Made by a program: the position numbers and the translations under genes
NCBI GenBank assembly: GCA_038883715.1
Contig: JAVZLS010000002.1
Location: 32,001-96,000, forward strand
DNA: 64,000 nt
Reading direction: 5' to 3'
Source: Candidatus Bathyarchaeia archaeon
GTDB lineage: Archaea; Thermoproteota; Bathyarchaeia; Bathyarchaeales; Bathycorpusculaceae
Notes under the pieces: model-generated
Seen by the model: only the letters and a program-made list of their open reading frames with translations
What the model was told of the DNA's origin: nothing
Databases searched by the model: none
Shown here: positions 18,941-28,699 of the stretch, one piece after another
Position numbering within the stretch: the first letter of the stretch is position 1
Layout: each line of letters starts with the position of its first letter

Positions 18941-20125
18941 CTAGTAGAACCCCCTTCCAGTTTTCTTACCAAGCCAGCCCTTGCTAACATACTCTTCTAG
19001 CAGCGGGCATGGCTTATACATTTCCATGTTGTATTTGGCGTAAAGCTCCTTCAACTTGTTAACAATAACGTCTATACCAGTTCTATCCGCGTACTCGCAT
19101 GGACCGGACGGCCAATAGGTTCCAAGTTTCATTCCGGTGTCTATGTCTGCTGGGGTTGCCGCACCTTCATGCACTAGCCATGCAGCCTCGTTTACGGCTA
19201 CAGCCCAAGACCTTTCAACATCATACTCTTCCATCAAATTGAAGGGTATTCTTGGTCTCCCCTTAGTCCAGTCGTAGAAACCGACGCCTGTTTTTTGTCC
19301 AAGCTTTTTCTCTTTGACAAGGGGTTCTATGACCTCTGCGCATGGTTTGAAGCGCTCGCCATAAGCCTCGTAGAGGATTTTTCCAACTTCATAGGCTATG
19401 TCAAGCCCAACGAAGTCTGCCAGTTCAAACCATCCCATTGGGAAGCCGCCACTATATTTGACAGAGGCGTCTATGCCCTCCTTTGTTGCTTCGCCACGAT
19501 GGTAAGCCCAAAAAGCCTCGTTAAAAACTGCTCCGAGAACGCGGTTAACTATGAAGCCCCGCACATCCTTCTTGACAACCACAGGGGTTTTTCCAAGTTT
19601 TTTCGCTAGCTCCACAAGGGTGTCTATTGTTTCTTGGCTTGTTTTCTCGCCCTTAATAACCTCTACTAGAGCCATCATTTGCGGTGGGTTGAAGAAGTGC
19701 ATTCCAGCCACTTTTTCTGGGCGTTTTGTGGCGTTCCCCATCTCCGTTATGCTTAGGGTTGATGTGTTAGACGCTAGAATTGCGTGTGGTGGTGCAATGC
19801 TGTCAAGTTTTGCGAAAACCTGCTTTTTAAGCTCCATGTTTTCTGGGACTGCCTCGATGGCTATGTCTATGCTTTTTGCTGCCTCCTCATAACTTGTTGT
19901 TGTCTTTATTCTTGAAAGTGCCGCTTCTGCGTCCTCCTGCCTAATCCTTCTCTTTTCGACAAACTTGCCTAGGCTCCACTTAATTTTCTCTAAACCCTTT
20001 TGCAATAGTTCGTCGCTGATGTCTACCATTGCCACCTCGATGCCGCTCATAGCCAAAAGCTGTGTTATTCCATGCCCCATTGCTCCAGAACCAATTACAG
20101 CGGCTTTCTTCAATTTTTCAGCCAA
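18941..20125 (-). CDS. 3-hydroxyacyl-CoA dehydrogenase (two C-terminal dimerisation domains)
   Basis: GSGAMGHG, EAVPE, SNTST, GMHFFNP, GFIVNR. Start moved to the TTG at 20125 behind GGAGAGGA. Confidence 0.95.
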   Translation of the reverse strand: MAEKLKKAAVIGSGAMGHGITQLLAMSGIEVAMVDISDELLQKGLEKIKWSLGKFVEKRRIRQEDAEAALSRIKTTTSYEEAAKSIDIAIEAVPENMELKKQVFAKLDSIAPPHAILASNTSTLSITEMGNATKRPEKVAGMHFFNPPQMMALVEVIKGEKTSQETIDTLVELAKKLGKTPVVVKKDVRGFIVNRVLGAVFNEAFWAYHRGEATKEGIDASVKYSGGFPMGWFELADFVGLDIAYEVGKILYEAYGERFKPCAEVIEPLVKEKKLGQKTGVGFYDWTKGRPRIPFNLMEEYDVERSWAVAVNEAAWLVHEGAATPADIDTGMKLGTYWPSGPCEYADRTGIDVIVNKLKELYAKYNMEMYKPCPLLEEYVSKGWLGKKTGRGFY

Positions 20126-20235
20126 ACAAATCCTCTCCCAACATAGAGTAAAATGAATAGATGGCATACGTAATAAAACTTTTGAGAATATGCACAAACC
20201 GTCAAGGAAAAATAAAGGTGAAGGGTAGGAACGGG

Positions 20236-21384
20236 TTACTTCATTAAAAAGTTGACTATTGTGAGCTTTTGAATTTCGCTAGTGCCCTCGTAAATCTCAG
20301 TTATTTTTGCACATCTATGGAACCGCTCCACATGGTAATCTGCCAAATAGCCGTAGCCGCCAAATATTTGGATGGCGTCGTCTGTGACTTCCATTGCTAC
20401 GCGGCTTGCATAAGCCTTAGCCATAGAAGTTGCAGCCGGATTTGGCTTTTCATGGTTGTATATCCAAGCCGCCTTATACGTGAGTAGGCGGGCGGATTCA
20501 ATTTTCATGGCCATTTCAGCCAGCTTGAAAGAGACACCTTGGAAGTTGATTATGGACTGTCCGAACTGTTTGCGAGTTTTAGCATAGTTTAATGCTTTTT
20601 CAAAGGCTCCCTGGGCTATGCCCACGGCCTGGGCAGCCACAGTTATGCGGGTTCCATCGAAAAGTTCAAGCGCATAATAAAAGCCTCTGTTAAGCTCGCC
20701 CACAAGGTTGCTAGAAGGCACACGGAGGTCGCTTAAAGCCAGCGAACCGGTGACGCATGGTCTTATGCCCATCTTGCCATGAAGTTTTGTTGCCTCCAAA
20801 CCGGGCATGCCCTTCTCTACTAAGAAGAGGCTTTGCCCACGGTGGGGTGGGGTTGCGTTGGGATCTGTTTGGCACAGGATTATGAAGGTGTCGGCTATTG
20901 GAGCGTTTGTTATGAACTGTTTTGAGCCGTTAATAACCCATTCGTCGCCTACTCTAACAGCTGTTGTGTCCATTTTGGTTATGTCGCTTCCATGCTCCGG
21001 CTCCGTGAAGGCTGCAGCGGCAATTTTGTCACCTCTAGCCAGTGGTGGAATATACTTTTCCTTCTGCTCCTCTGTGCCGTGCTTGAGCAAGACGTCGGGG
21101 ACCATTAGGTTTCCGAGGGAGATAGCCACTCCCAATCCTGGATCAACGCGGCAGAACTCTTCAACGACTAGGCATTCTTCTAGGACGCCATATCCTTGCC
21201 CATCATATTCTTGAGGTATGCGCATGCTTGTAAAGCCTAGTTTGGCTGCTTTCCTGTAAAGCTCCATTGGAAACTCTTCTTTCTGGTCGTATTCTAGGGC
21301 TAGTTCTGGTGTAAACTCCTTTTCTGCAAATTCGCGGGCAGCCCGTTTAATCTCCATTTGTTCCTCGGTTAGTTTAAAGTCCAT
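20236..21384 (-). CDS. Acyl-CoA dehydrogenase (paralogue of 17786-18940)
   Basis: FTEPEHGSD, INGSKQFITN, GGYGY, IYEGTSEIQ; start ATG 21384 after GGAGGAG. Confidence 0.96.
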   Translation of the reverse strand: MDFKLTEEQMEIKRAAREFAEKEFTPELALEYDQKEEFPMELYRKAAKLGFTSMRIPQEYDGQGYGVLEECLVVEEFCRVDPGLGVAISLGNLMVPDVLLKHGTEEQKEKYIPPLARGDKIAAAAFTEPEHGSDITKMDTTAVRVGDEWVINGSKQFITNAPIADTFIILCQTDPNATPPHRGQSLFLVEKGMPGLEATKLHGKMGIRPCVTGSLALSDLRVPSSNLVGELNRGFYYALELFDGTRITVAAQAVGIAQGAFEKALNYAKTRKQFGQSIINFQGVSFKLAEMAMKIESARLLTYKAAWIYNHEKPNPAATSMAKAYASRVAMEVTDDAIQIFGGYGYLADYHVERFHRCAKITEIYEGTSEIQKLTIVNFLMK

Positions 21385-21404
21385 AGGGGACTCCTCCATT
21401 CTAA

Positions 21405-22394
21405 CTACGCTTTTTGAGCCTTTAACTCGCTAATCTTGTTTTTCAGCACTGGCACGACCTTGAACAAGTCTTCAACAACGCCATAGTCTGAAAAGCTGAA
21501 TATTGGCGCCTTCGGGTCTTTGTTGACGGCTATTATCAAGTCAGAGTTTTTCATTCCTAAGACGTGTTGGAAGGCTCCGCTTATGCCTAGGGCTATGTAG
21601 AGCTTTGGCTTAACAGTTTTTCCAGAAGTCCCCACCTGCCGGTCGCTTGGAAGCCAGCCCTTATCCACAATTGGACGCGAGCATGCCAGCACTCCGCCCA
21701 GCATTTTTGCCAACTCTTCAACCATCGGTATGTTGCTCTGGTCTTTTATTCCCCTTCCAATGCCCACAAGCACCTCTGCAGCTGTTATGTCAACGCCTCC
21801 GGGTGGGGGCAAAACATATTCTAGGAACCTTTTTGTGGCTATTTCCTCTGTTAGGGGTGATGGAACCTCAACAATTTGCCCGTTCATGGGAGTGGGCGGC
21901 TTCTGAGCTTGGAAGGCTGCCTGGCGCACTGTAACCATGTAGCTTTCAGCCCTGCGGAGTACTGCCTTAACGTTTACTTTTCCGCCGTACATCTGTCTCG
22001 TAATTGTAAACGTGTCGCCTTCAAAAGCAAGGTCTATGCAATCTGTCGCCAATGGAATGTTTAAGGCTGCTGCCAGTCTTGGGGCAAGCTCAACGCCATA
22101 AGACGTGTGCCCAATGATTGTCAGTAGGGGCTTGTGCTCTTTAATTAGGTTGGAAAGAACCTTTTGATAGGCTTCAGAATTGAAGTTTTCAAGTTTTCCA
22201 TCCTCTACAAGCAGAACTTTTTTGGCGTGCTCAGCTAAGTTTTTGGCGTGCTCTTTGACGCCCTTGCCTAAAATGACAGCCACTGGTTCGGCGTTTGTTT
22301 TTTCGGCTAGTTCTCTTGCTTTTGTCAGCATTTCGAAGGTTATGTCTCTTAACTGGCCTTGCCTGTGCTCGGCTAAAACAAAGATTTCAGCCAT
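21405..22394 (-). CDS. etfA: Electron transfer flavoprotein alpha subunit
   Basis: QVGTSGKTVKPKLYIALGISGAFQH, AVNKDPKAPIF. Confidence 0.96.
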   Translation of the reverse strand: MAEIFVLAEHRQGQLRDITFEMLTKARELAEKTNAEPVAVILGKGVKEHAKNLAEHAKKVLLVEDGKLENFNSEAYQKVLSNLIKEHKPLLTIIGHTSYGVELAPRLAAALNIPLATDCIDLAFEGDTFTITRQMYGGKVNVKAVLRRAESYMVTVRQAAFQAQKPPTPMNGQIVEVPSPLTEEIATKRFLEYVLPPPGGVDITAAEVLVGIGRGIKDQSNIPMVEELAKMLGGVLACSRPIVDKGWLPSDRQVGTSGKTVKPKLYIALGISGAFQHVLGMKNSDLIIAVNKDPKAPIFSFSDYGVVEDLFKVVPVLKNKISELKAQKA

Positions 22395-22396
22395 CC

Positions 22397-23191
22397 CTAA
22401 ATCAGCCCCCTAGACTTTAGGATTTCAATAATCCTCGTGGTTATCTCGTCTGGGTTTCCCTTGAGGAATTCCGCCTGCTTCTCCACTGGCGGGACATAAA
22501 GCTTCTCTATCTTAAGCCATGAGCCAGCCTCGCCCACATCGTTTTCGCTCAAGCCTATGTCCGCCAACCCCATAACTTTGACCTCTTTCTGCATAGCCTT
22601 ACGAATTCCCATAATGGAGACATAACGTGGCTCATTTATGCCCGTCTGAACAGCAAAAAGAGCTGGCAACCTAACTTCTAGGCGTTCTTCTAAGCCTCCC
22701 TCAAGCTCTCGGTTAACGATGGCTTTCCCATCGCTGAACTCAATCTTCTTAACCATAGTGGCGTGTGGAATGCCGAGCAGCTCGGCTAGGACTGGCCCGA
22801 CAACGGCACTTCCATCGTCGCCAGCCTGAGCCCCTGTGAGAATTAGGTTGAAGTGGAGGTTTTTGATTACGCTGTAAAGGATTTTCGCAGTGGCATAGGC
22901 ATCTGAGCCGGCAAATTTCGGGTCTGTTAGGCGTAGGGCCTTGTCGGCGCCGCGGGCAAGGCATTTTCGCAGCGTGCTTTCAGAGTCTTCTGGTCCAACG
23001 GTTATGGCGGTGACTGTTCCGCCGAACTTCTCTTTTATGCGCACAGCCTCTTCCAGCGCGTAGTCGTCCCACTCGTTAATATCGTAGACCAAACCAGCCT
23101 TTTCTATGCCTTTACCAGTCGCGTCAATTTTGAGTTCCGCTTCTGCTGTTTCTGGAACATGCTTAACACAAACAATAATGTCCAATCGCAT
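22397..23191 (-). CDS. etfB: Electron transfer flavoprotein beta subunit
   Basis: IIVCVKHVP, DDYALEEA, GINEPRY. Start moved to the ATG at 23191 behind AGGAGAGA. Confidence 0.95.
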   Translation of the reverse strand: MRLDIIVCVKHVPETAEAELKIDATGKGIEKAGLVYDINEWDDYALEEAVRIKEKFGGTVTAITVGPEDSESTLRKCLARGADKALRLTDPKFAGSDAYATAKILYSVIKNLHFNLILTGAQAGDDGSAVVGPVLAELLGIPHATMVKKIEFSDGKAIVNRELEGGLEERLEVRLPALFAVQTGINEPRYVSIMGIRKAMQKEVKVMGLADIGLSENDVGEAGSWLKIEKLYVPPVEKQAEFLKGNPDEITTRIIEILKSRGLI

Positions 23192-23337
23192 TTCTCTCCT
23201 AAACCAATTTTGAAATGTGTTGTACAAACCGTTACCATATATTTTTTGCCCGACTCCGCATACCAATTTAATGTTAAACTCTGCCTTATCCAGCAAAGTC
23301 TTTATCAAACGAAAACTGTAATGGAAACGGAGAAAAC

Positions 23338-24168
23338 ATGAAAAAAGAGATCGACTGGCTGCCAATACTAATCCAGTGCAAAGACAACGTGAAGAAGCGG
23401 ATAACCCCACTTTTAAAGACTGCACGTAAACAACAGCAACCAAACCTCGGCATCGGGGCTGGCGGCGACCCAATAAAACAGATCGACATGGAGGCGGAAA
23501 AAGCCATAGTGGAAACCATTGTTGGACAAGGCATATCATTCACTTTGATAAGCGAGGAGTCCGGCATAAGGAAATACGGAGAAAACCCAAATGTAAATTA
23601 TGTGACAGCAGACCCAATAGATGGAACAACAAACCTAACGAGGGGCATACCATTCTACGCAACATCCATAGCGGTGTCAAAAAAGCCAGAACTGAACGCT
23701 GTTCACACGGCATTGGTGGCGGACCTCTTCCACGGCACAACATACACCGCCAAGAAAGATGAAGGAGCATATCGTGACAATGAGAAGATAGTTCCATCAA
23801 AACAGACAAGCTTGGAAGACGCAGTAATGGGCATAGACCTAAACACTTACAAGGCACGTGAAATCGCCCCAAAACTAACAAGCCTAATTGAAAAGACGAA
23901 GCACATACGCCATCTAGGAGCCAACGCCCTAGAACTGTGCTACGTAGCTGACGGAACAACAGACGCCTTCATAGACATCCGCGGAAAACTTAGAACAACA
24001 GACACGGCGGCTGCATGGCTAATAATAAGGGAGGCTGGAGCACTAATCACAACGCCAGACGGGAAGCCTTTAAACGCCAAATTGGACCCAAGGGAAAGGC
24101 TGACCTTTGTGGCTTCCGCCAACCCACAAATCCACGGAAAAATTTTAAGTCTAATGAAAAAGGGTTGA
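23338..24168 (+). CDS. suhB: Bifunctional FBPase/inositol monophosphatase family protein
   Basis: SEESG, DPIDGTTN, RHLGANALE, LRTTDTAA. Confidence 0.88.
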   Translation: MKKEIDWLPILIQCKDNVKKRITPLLKTARKQQQPNLGIGAGGDPIKQIDMEAEKAIVETIVGQGISFTLISEESGIRKYGENPNVNYVTADPIDGTTNLTRGIPFYATSIAVSKKPELNAVHTALVADLFHGTTYTAKKDEGAYRDNEKIVPSKQTSLEDAVMGIDLNTYKAREIAPKLTSLIEKTKHIRHLGANALELCYVADGTTDAFIDIRGKLRTTDTAAAWLIIREAGALITTPDGKPLNAKLDPRERLTFVASANPQIHGKILSLMKKG

Positions 24169-24177
24169 AGCAGACCG

Positions 24178-25026
24178 ATGATAATGCCTTTAATGCCCCA
24201 CCCCGCTGCCCTCGTAAAGACTAAGGAAACAAGAGTGTTGGTTGTGGCGGATTTACACATAGGATGGGAAATAGCCCTATCAGAAAAGGGCATACATGTC
24301 CCCACACAAATGCCAAAACTCCTGCAAAATCTGAAGACTCTCATAAGCTTGTATAAGCCGGAAAAACTTCTAATAGTAGGCGATGTTAAACATACGGTGG
24401 CAACAGCAGAAATAAGCGAGTGGCACGACGTCCCAGACTTCTTCACAGAACTAAAACCGCTCGTCCAAGAAATAGAGGTAATCCGGGGAAACCACGATGG
24501 AAACCTCGACCCATTACTTCCGGAGGGCATAAAAACCCTTCCATCCTCTGGCACAGTCATAGGTGATGTGGGCTTTTTCCACGGTCATCGCTGGCCATCA
24601 CCAGCACTTTTAAAGTGCAAAACCCTTGTAATGGGACACGTGCACCCAGTTGTGGGGTTTCGTGACCCAGTTGGCTTTAGAATAACTAGGCAAGTTTGGG
24701 TTAAGGCAAACTGCAACAAAGAACAGTTAACAAGGATTTTGCTGGAAAAGAATAAAATAAAAATTGAGAACAACCCGCAAGAAACACTACTCAAACATTA
24801 CAGAGTTAAGCCCAGAACCTCCCAACTTTTCATAATGCCATCCTTCAACGAGTATTTAGGAGGAAAACCATTAAACGAGAAAAACTCTGGCGCAGAAGGG
24901 GAAAAGGGCGAAAAAATTGTTGGACCAATATTGAGAACGGATGCGGTTGACTTAGAAAATGCGGAAATCTACCTCTTGGACGGAACATTTCTTGGAGCTT
25001 TAAGCCAGCTTAAAGCATTAGCATAG
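24178..25026 (+). CDS. Calcineurin-like metallophosphoesterase (archaeal family)
   Basis: ADLHIG, GDVKH, GNHD, HGH, GHVHP. Confidence 0.9.
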   Translation: MIMPLMPHPAALVKTKETRVLVVADLHIGWEIALSEKGIHVPTQMPKLLQNLKTLISLYKPEKLLIVGDVKHTVATAEISEWHDVPDFFTELKPLVQEIEVIRGNHDGNLDPLLPEGIKTLPSSGTVIGDVGFFHGHRWPSPALLKCKTLVMGHVHPVVGFRDPVGFRITRQVWVKANCNKEQLTRILLEKNKIKIENNPQETLLKHYRVKPRTSQLFIMPSFNEYLGGKPLNEKNSGAEGEKGEKIVGPILRTDAVDLENAEIYLLDGTFLGALSQLKALA

Positions 25027-25075
25027 CGTAAAGATTTTATAGATTGAGGTTTTCAACACTAAACTGGGTGGAAGA

Positions 25076-25672
25076 ATGCCTTCTGAAGAAGATTTTCCAG
25101 AATGGTTTAGGAGGAGACGCTTCCCATTCTTCGGAAGCTGGTTCTTTGAGGACGTAGACAGAATGTTCAGAGAAATGGAAAGATGGATGGAAGAAGAATT
25201 CAAAGAGTTCACCTCCAGAATTCCGAGAGACTATGTTAGGGAGCGCAAACTACCAGACGGCTCAACAATAAGGGAGTGGGGACCCTTCGTTTATGGCTAT
25301 AGCATAAAAATAGGACCGGACGGCAAACCAGAAATCAGAGAGTTTGGAAATGTCAAGCCAACTCGCCTTGGACCAAAAGTTAAGGAGGAACGCGAACCAC
25401 TAGTGGACATAGTTGAGACAGACAACGAAATCCACGTTGTGGCTGAACTACCCGGCGTTGAAAAAGAGGACATCAAGCTTCACGGCACAGAAGACACATT
25501 AACAATAAGCGTAGACACGCCCCAACGCAAATACTATAAGGAGTTGACTCTTCCAGCAAAGGTCAATGTGAAAGAGGTGAAAACCCAGTATAAGAACGGA
25601 GTTTTAGAGGTCAAGCTTCCAAAGATAAAGGAAGAGAAGAAGCCGAAAGGTGAGCCGATAAAAATCGAATAG
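25076..25672 (+). CDS. hsp20: Archaeal small heat-shock protein Hsp20
   Basis: GPFVYGYS...GPDGKP..REFGN, REPLVD, ELPGVEK, YKNGVLEV. Confidence 0.95.
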   Translation: MPSEEDFPEWFRRRRFPFFGSWFFEDVDRMFREMERWMEEEFKEFTSRIPRDYVRERKLPDGSTIREWGPFVYGYSIKIGPDGKPEIREFGNVKPTRLGPKVKEEREPLVDIVETDNEIHVVAELPGVEKEDIKLHGTEDTLTISVDTPQRKYYKELTLPAKVNVKEVKTQYKNGVLEVKLPKIKEEKKPKGEPIKIE

Positions 25673-25705
25673 AAAAGCAAGCAACATGTCAAAGCTTGTG
25701 CTTTC

Positions 25706-26116
25706 ATGAGCGAAGACTCCGAAAGTGACATCCTTGATGCCATATGCAAAGAAGTTAAGGCAGAAGGCAAGCTAACAGGGAAAAATCTCACAAGGCTCTA
25801 TGAGGCATTTGGGCAACGCTTCACAAAGGCATTCGAAGCCCTAAAAGAGAACAGAGTGAAAAAGTACACCTTCAAGCCCAGCGGAAAAGTTGTCTGGGTT
25901 GTCGTTGGCAAAGAACGCGACTACTTGATAATGCCAGACGCTGAGTTCTGCACATGCGACGACTTCTACTTCCGAGTTCTAGACAGAAAAATCCACCTAT
26001 GCTATCATTTGATAGCCCAGAAAATAGCTAACATCCTCGAATGGTACGAGAAAATAGAGGAACACGACGAATTATACGAGCCTTTAATGAGGGAGTGGAA
26101 GAAACCAACTCCTTAA
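25706..26116 (+). CDS. SWIM zinc-finger protein
   Basis: CTCDDF...CYH SWIM motif. Confidence 0.85.
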   Translation: MSEDSESDILDAICKEVKAEGKLTGKNLTRLYEAFGQRFTKAFEALKENRVKKYTFKPSGKVVWVVVGKERDYLIMPDAEFCTCDDFYFRVLDRKIHLCYHLIAQKIANILEWYEKIEEHDELYEPLMREWKKPTP

Positions 26117-26159
26117 ATACCACAATTTAGAATTAAGAAAGTACATAAAAGGGATTTAC

Positions 26160-26276
26160 ATGGATATTGGAGCATACTTTGAAACCCTCAAATATGTTCT
26201 GATGACAACAACATTCGTTGTCCTAGTCCTAATATTCCTACACATATTCTACGGAAGAGAAGAAAAGAAAAGCTGA
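26160..26276 (+). CDS. Putative 38-aa single-pass membrane protein (below ORF-track cut-off)
   Basis: Manual translation MDIGAYFETLKYVLMTTTFVVLVLIFLHIFYGREEKKS; one TM helix plus charged tail; fills an intergenic gap. Confidence 0.55.
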   Translation: MDIGAYFETLKYVLMTTTFVVLVLIFLHIFYGREEKKS

Positions 26277-26290
26277 ACAAAAAGTCTATC

Positions 26291-26584
26291 TCAACTTCTC
26301 CTTCGCCAAAACACAAGGAACAGCACAACGCTTAAAATTCCAAGAATTATGGCAAACAAAACGAGCCATATAGCTGCTGGACCAGCACCAAAAACTATGG
26401 GGATAGGTCCTACAATTATGAATCCGCCAAAACTGCTTGTGCCTTCACCAAAAAGCAGTGCGGCAACTACCGTTATTATAATGCCTACCAATATTATGAA
26501 AAAGCCTATAAAGAATAGTATTATAAAGCGTTTAACCCATCTGTTTTCTGCGTTTTCTTCGCTTTCATCTTCTTTTGATGCCAT
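26291..26584 (-). CDS. DUF131 (TIGR00304) membrane protein
   Basis: GGFIIVGPIPIVFG signature between two TM helices. Confidence 0.85.
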   Translation of the reverse strand: MASKEDESEENAENRWVKRFIILFFIGFFIILVGIIITVVAALLFGEGTSSFGGFIIVGPIPIVFGAGPAAIWLVLFAIILGILSVVLFLVFWRRRS

Positions 26585-26590
26585 CCAATT

Positions 26591-26863
26591 TCACCTACCC
26601 AAAAAATAAAGCACTATAAAAACTATGAAGAGAAGCACTGTGAGGGCTATCGAAAGCCACAAAACAGTCCTGACAGACTCCTTATCGCTGCCGAAGACTA
26701 TTGGAAGAGGGCCGATAATTAATGCTCCACCACCCCGCGCTCTCCCACTCTTTATGCTTGAAAGGAAAAGTAGAACAAAAGCCGCGAGGACAACTATAAC
26801 GCCTATGAAAATTATGATGATGCCCAACTCGTAAAGCAAACCAGCATCCAGCGTCAAAGCCAT
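26591..26863 (-). CDS. DUF131 (TIGR00304) membrane protein, tandem paralogue
   Basis: GGGALIIGPLPIVFGSD signature. Confidence 0.87.
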   Translation of the reverse strand: MALTLDAGLLYELGIIIIFIGVIVVLAAFVLLFLSSIKSGRARGGGALIIGPLPIVFGSDKESVRTVLWLSIALTVLLFIVFIVLYFLGR

Positions 26864-26907
26864 CCTTTATCTAATCCAGCTTTAACATCGCAGACTTTTA
26901 AGCATTT

Positions 26908-28179
26908 TTAAATGGAGAACGGGAGAAAGTAAACAAGCAAGGCTGTTGCAAAAGTCGCTATGAAGGATGGAATCACATACTTGTAAACCTTGCCCAGAGG
27001 ACTCTTGAAGTAGTCAGCCGTAAAAACGAAACAGAGATGAGTAGGCGAAATGGTATAGCCAAGATAAGCACTAATATATAGAAGCGCAGCGGTTTTCGGC
27101 GAAAAAGCCAAAACTCCTGTTAAAATTGGCACACTTACGGCTACTGCACCGTGCGGAGAGCCTATGAGAAAACCCAAAACCGCTGGAATTAATGTTAGCA
27201 GTATAACTGTGTCCACGCTTCCATTAGCAACAAACCGCTTGAAAACATCAGAAACTCCAGCAGCAACAATCACATTGCGAAGCAGAAAAGCTCCATAAAC
27301 AGCCAAAGTCACCCCATAAATTCCCCAATCCCTAAGCGGTTTCGCCAGCACTTTGAAGTTTAGACGGGAAATCACGGCTAAAACCACTAACCCCGCAAAA
27401 GTCGCTATTAGAACATCAAACCCTAACCGAGACAAACCATAACTTAAAGCGCCTATAAAAACAGCCACAACAATAGTTGCCATTATAGGAGTGAACGAAA
27501 TAAGGAAACGCTTAAACTCCGAACCATTGTCACTTACTACTTTTTCGGATTCCTCCATGTTTCTTACGATTGAAACTTTCCAGAAACCCACCAAAAAGCC
27601 AACAATAACCATAACCGTAACCGTTGGAATTTGAAGCAAAATAATAGAAAATAGGGATACTCCAGTTAAGGCAGCCGTCACTATCAGCACCTGGCTTAAC
27701 GGGTAAACAGGAAAAATCGTGTGCCTAAACCACAAATTCACATAAGCCTTCCGCTCCGCCTTCAATTTCAACTTTTCAGCCTCCGAATCCACTATGGGAG
27801 CCGACATCAAAGCCCCACCAGCCACCTGAAGGAAACCTATCACGGCTGGAAGCACACTTAAGACAATCTTTGGATTCTTAACAAGGCGGCTCAAGCTCTC
27901 GCTTAATTTTGTGATTTCCCCCGTCTCCTTGTAAAGTTGGCTCAACCACATTATACCAAAAGTCGTAAAAATAACCGATATCGCAAGGAGCCCCTCACTT
28001 TTTAAGGGATTAACGGTTGCGTAGGCTATACTTGGAAAGCTCTGCCAATCAAGCGAAAGCAAAGCCAAAAGAACAGCTGTTGCGTTTAAGGTTATCCCCA
28101 AATTAACACGCCTATAAAGCAAAACGCCAAGAAAGCAAAAGGAAACAACCACAGAGGTCAACGGGTCCAGCAGTCCCAA
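26908..28179 (-). CDS. DUF401 family membrane transporter-like protein
   Basis: GGALMSAP, NLWFRH, SPTHLC motifs; polytopic. Confidence 0.85.
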   Translation of the reverse strand: MGLLDPLTSVVVSFCFLGVLLYRRVNLGITLNATAVLLALLSLDWQSFPSIAYATVNPLKSEGLLAISVIFTTFGIMWLSQLYKETGEITKLSESLSRLVKNPKIVLSVLPAVIGFLQVAGGALMSAPIVDSEAEKLKLKAERKAYVNLWFRHTIFPVYPLSQVLIVTAALTGVSLFSIILLQIPTVTVMVIVGFLVGFWKVSIVRNMEESEKVVSDNGSEFKRFLISFTPIMATIVVAVFIGALSYGLSRLGFDVLIATFAGLVVLAVISRLNFKVLAKPLRDWGIYGVTLAVYGAFLLRNVIVAAGVSDVFKRFVANGSVDTVILLTLIPAVLGFLIGSPHGAVAVSVPILTGVLAFSPKTAALLYISAYLGYTISPTHLCFVFTADYFKSPLGKVYKYVIPSFIATFATALLVYFLPFSI

Positions 28180-28268
28180 ATCAAGGCATCCCTTTCAAAC
28201 ATTTAAAAACCAAAATATACGCCAAACACTTAATCCTTTCCATAAAACACCACACAAAATGTGGTCGC

Positions 28269-28685
28269 ATGAAAAGAAAAGCTTTCATCTCCGGACCAAT
28301 CCAAGGCATGGAAACAAAACAATCCTACAGAGAAACCATAAGACGCATCTGCACCCGCTGTGGATACGAACCAATCGACCCGTGGCAACGCGAAAAAATA
28401 ATTTACAAAGGCACAGAAAACGGCTGGTGGCAAAAAGTTCCAGCAGCAGACTTCATAAAAAGAGATTTAGAAGATATAGAAAAATGCGATATCCTAATCG
28501 CCTACATGCCAAAACTATCAGCCGGAACATGCATGGAACTCTTCCACGCAAAAATGAAGGGGAAGAAAACTATATGCATATGCAAAATCAAAAACCCAAG
28601 CCCATGGATAACCACTCACTCAGACATCATCCTCAAAGATATCAAACAACTTGAACAAGCATTAAAAGCCATAAACCCTTATTAA
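28269..28685 (+). CDS. Nucleoside 2-deoxyribosyltransferase / RCL-like N-glycosidase family protein
   Basis: AFISGPI, RDLEDIEKCDILIA, SAGTCMEL. Confidence 0.8.
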   Translation: MKRKAFISGPIQGMETKQSYRETIRRICTRCGYEPIDPWQREKIIYKGTENGWWQKVPAADFIKRDLEDIEKCDILIAYMPKLSAGTCMELFHAKMKGKKTICICKIKNPSPWITTHSDIILKDIKQLEQALKAINPY

Positions 28686-28699
28686 CACAGCTCTGAAGC

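Noticed and set aside
23192-23539. 116-aa N-terminal extension of EtfB in the ORF track; likewise the extensions on uL22, HypC, HCDH, the Nip7-like protein and nitroreductase
   Set aside because: The upstream starts overlap neighbouring genes or promoters. Family N-termini and, in several cases, SD motifs indicate the downstream starts.
26200-26276. TGATGA...CTGA spacing resembling a C/D RNA
   Set aside because: Box C lacks the 5' purine, no rRNA/tRNA complement was recognised, and the small membrane ORF explains the sequence better.
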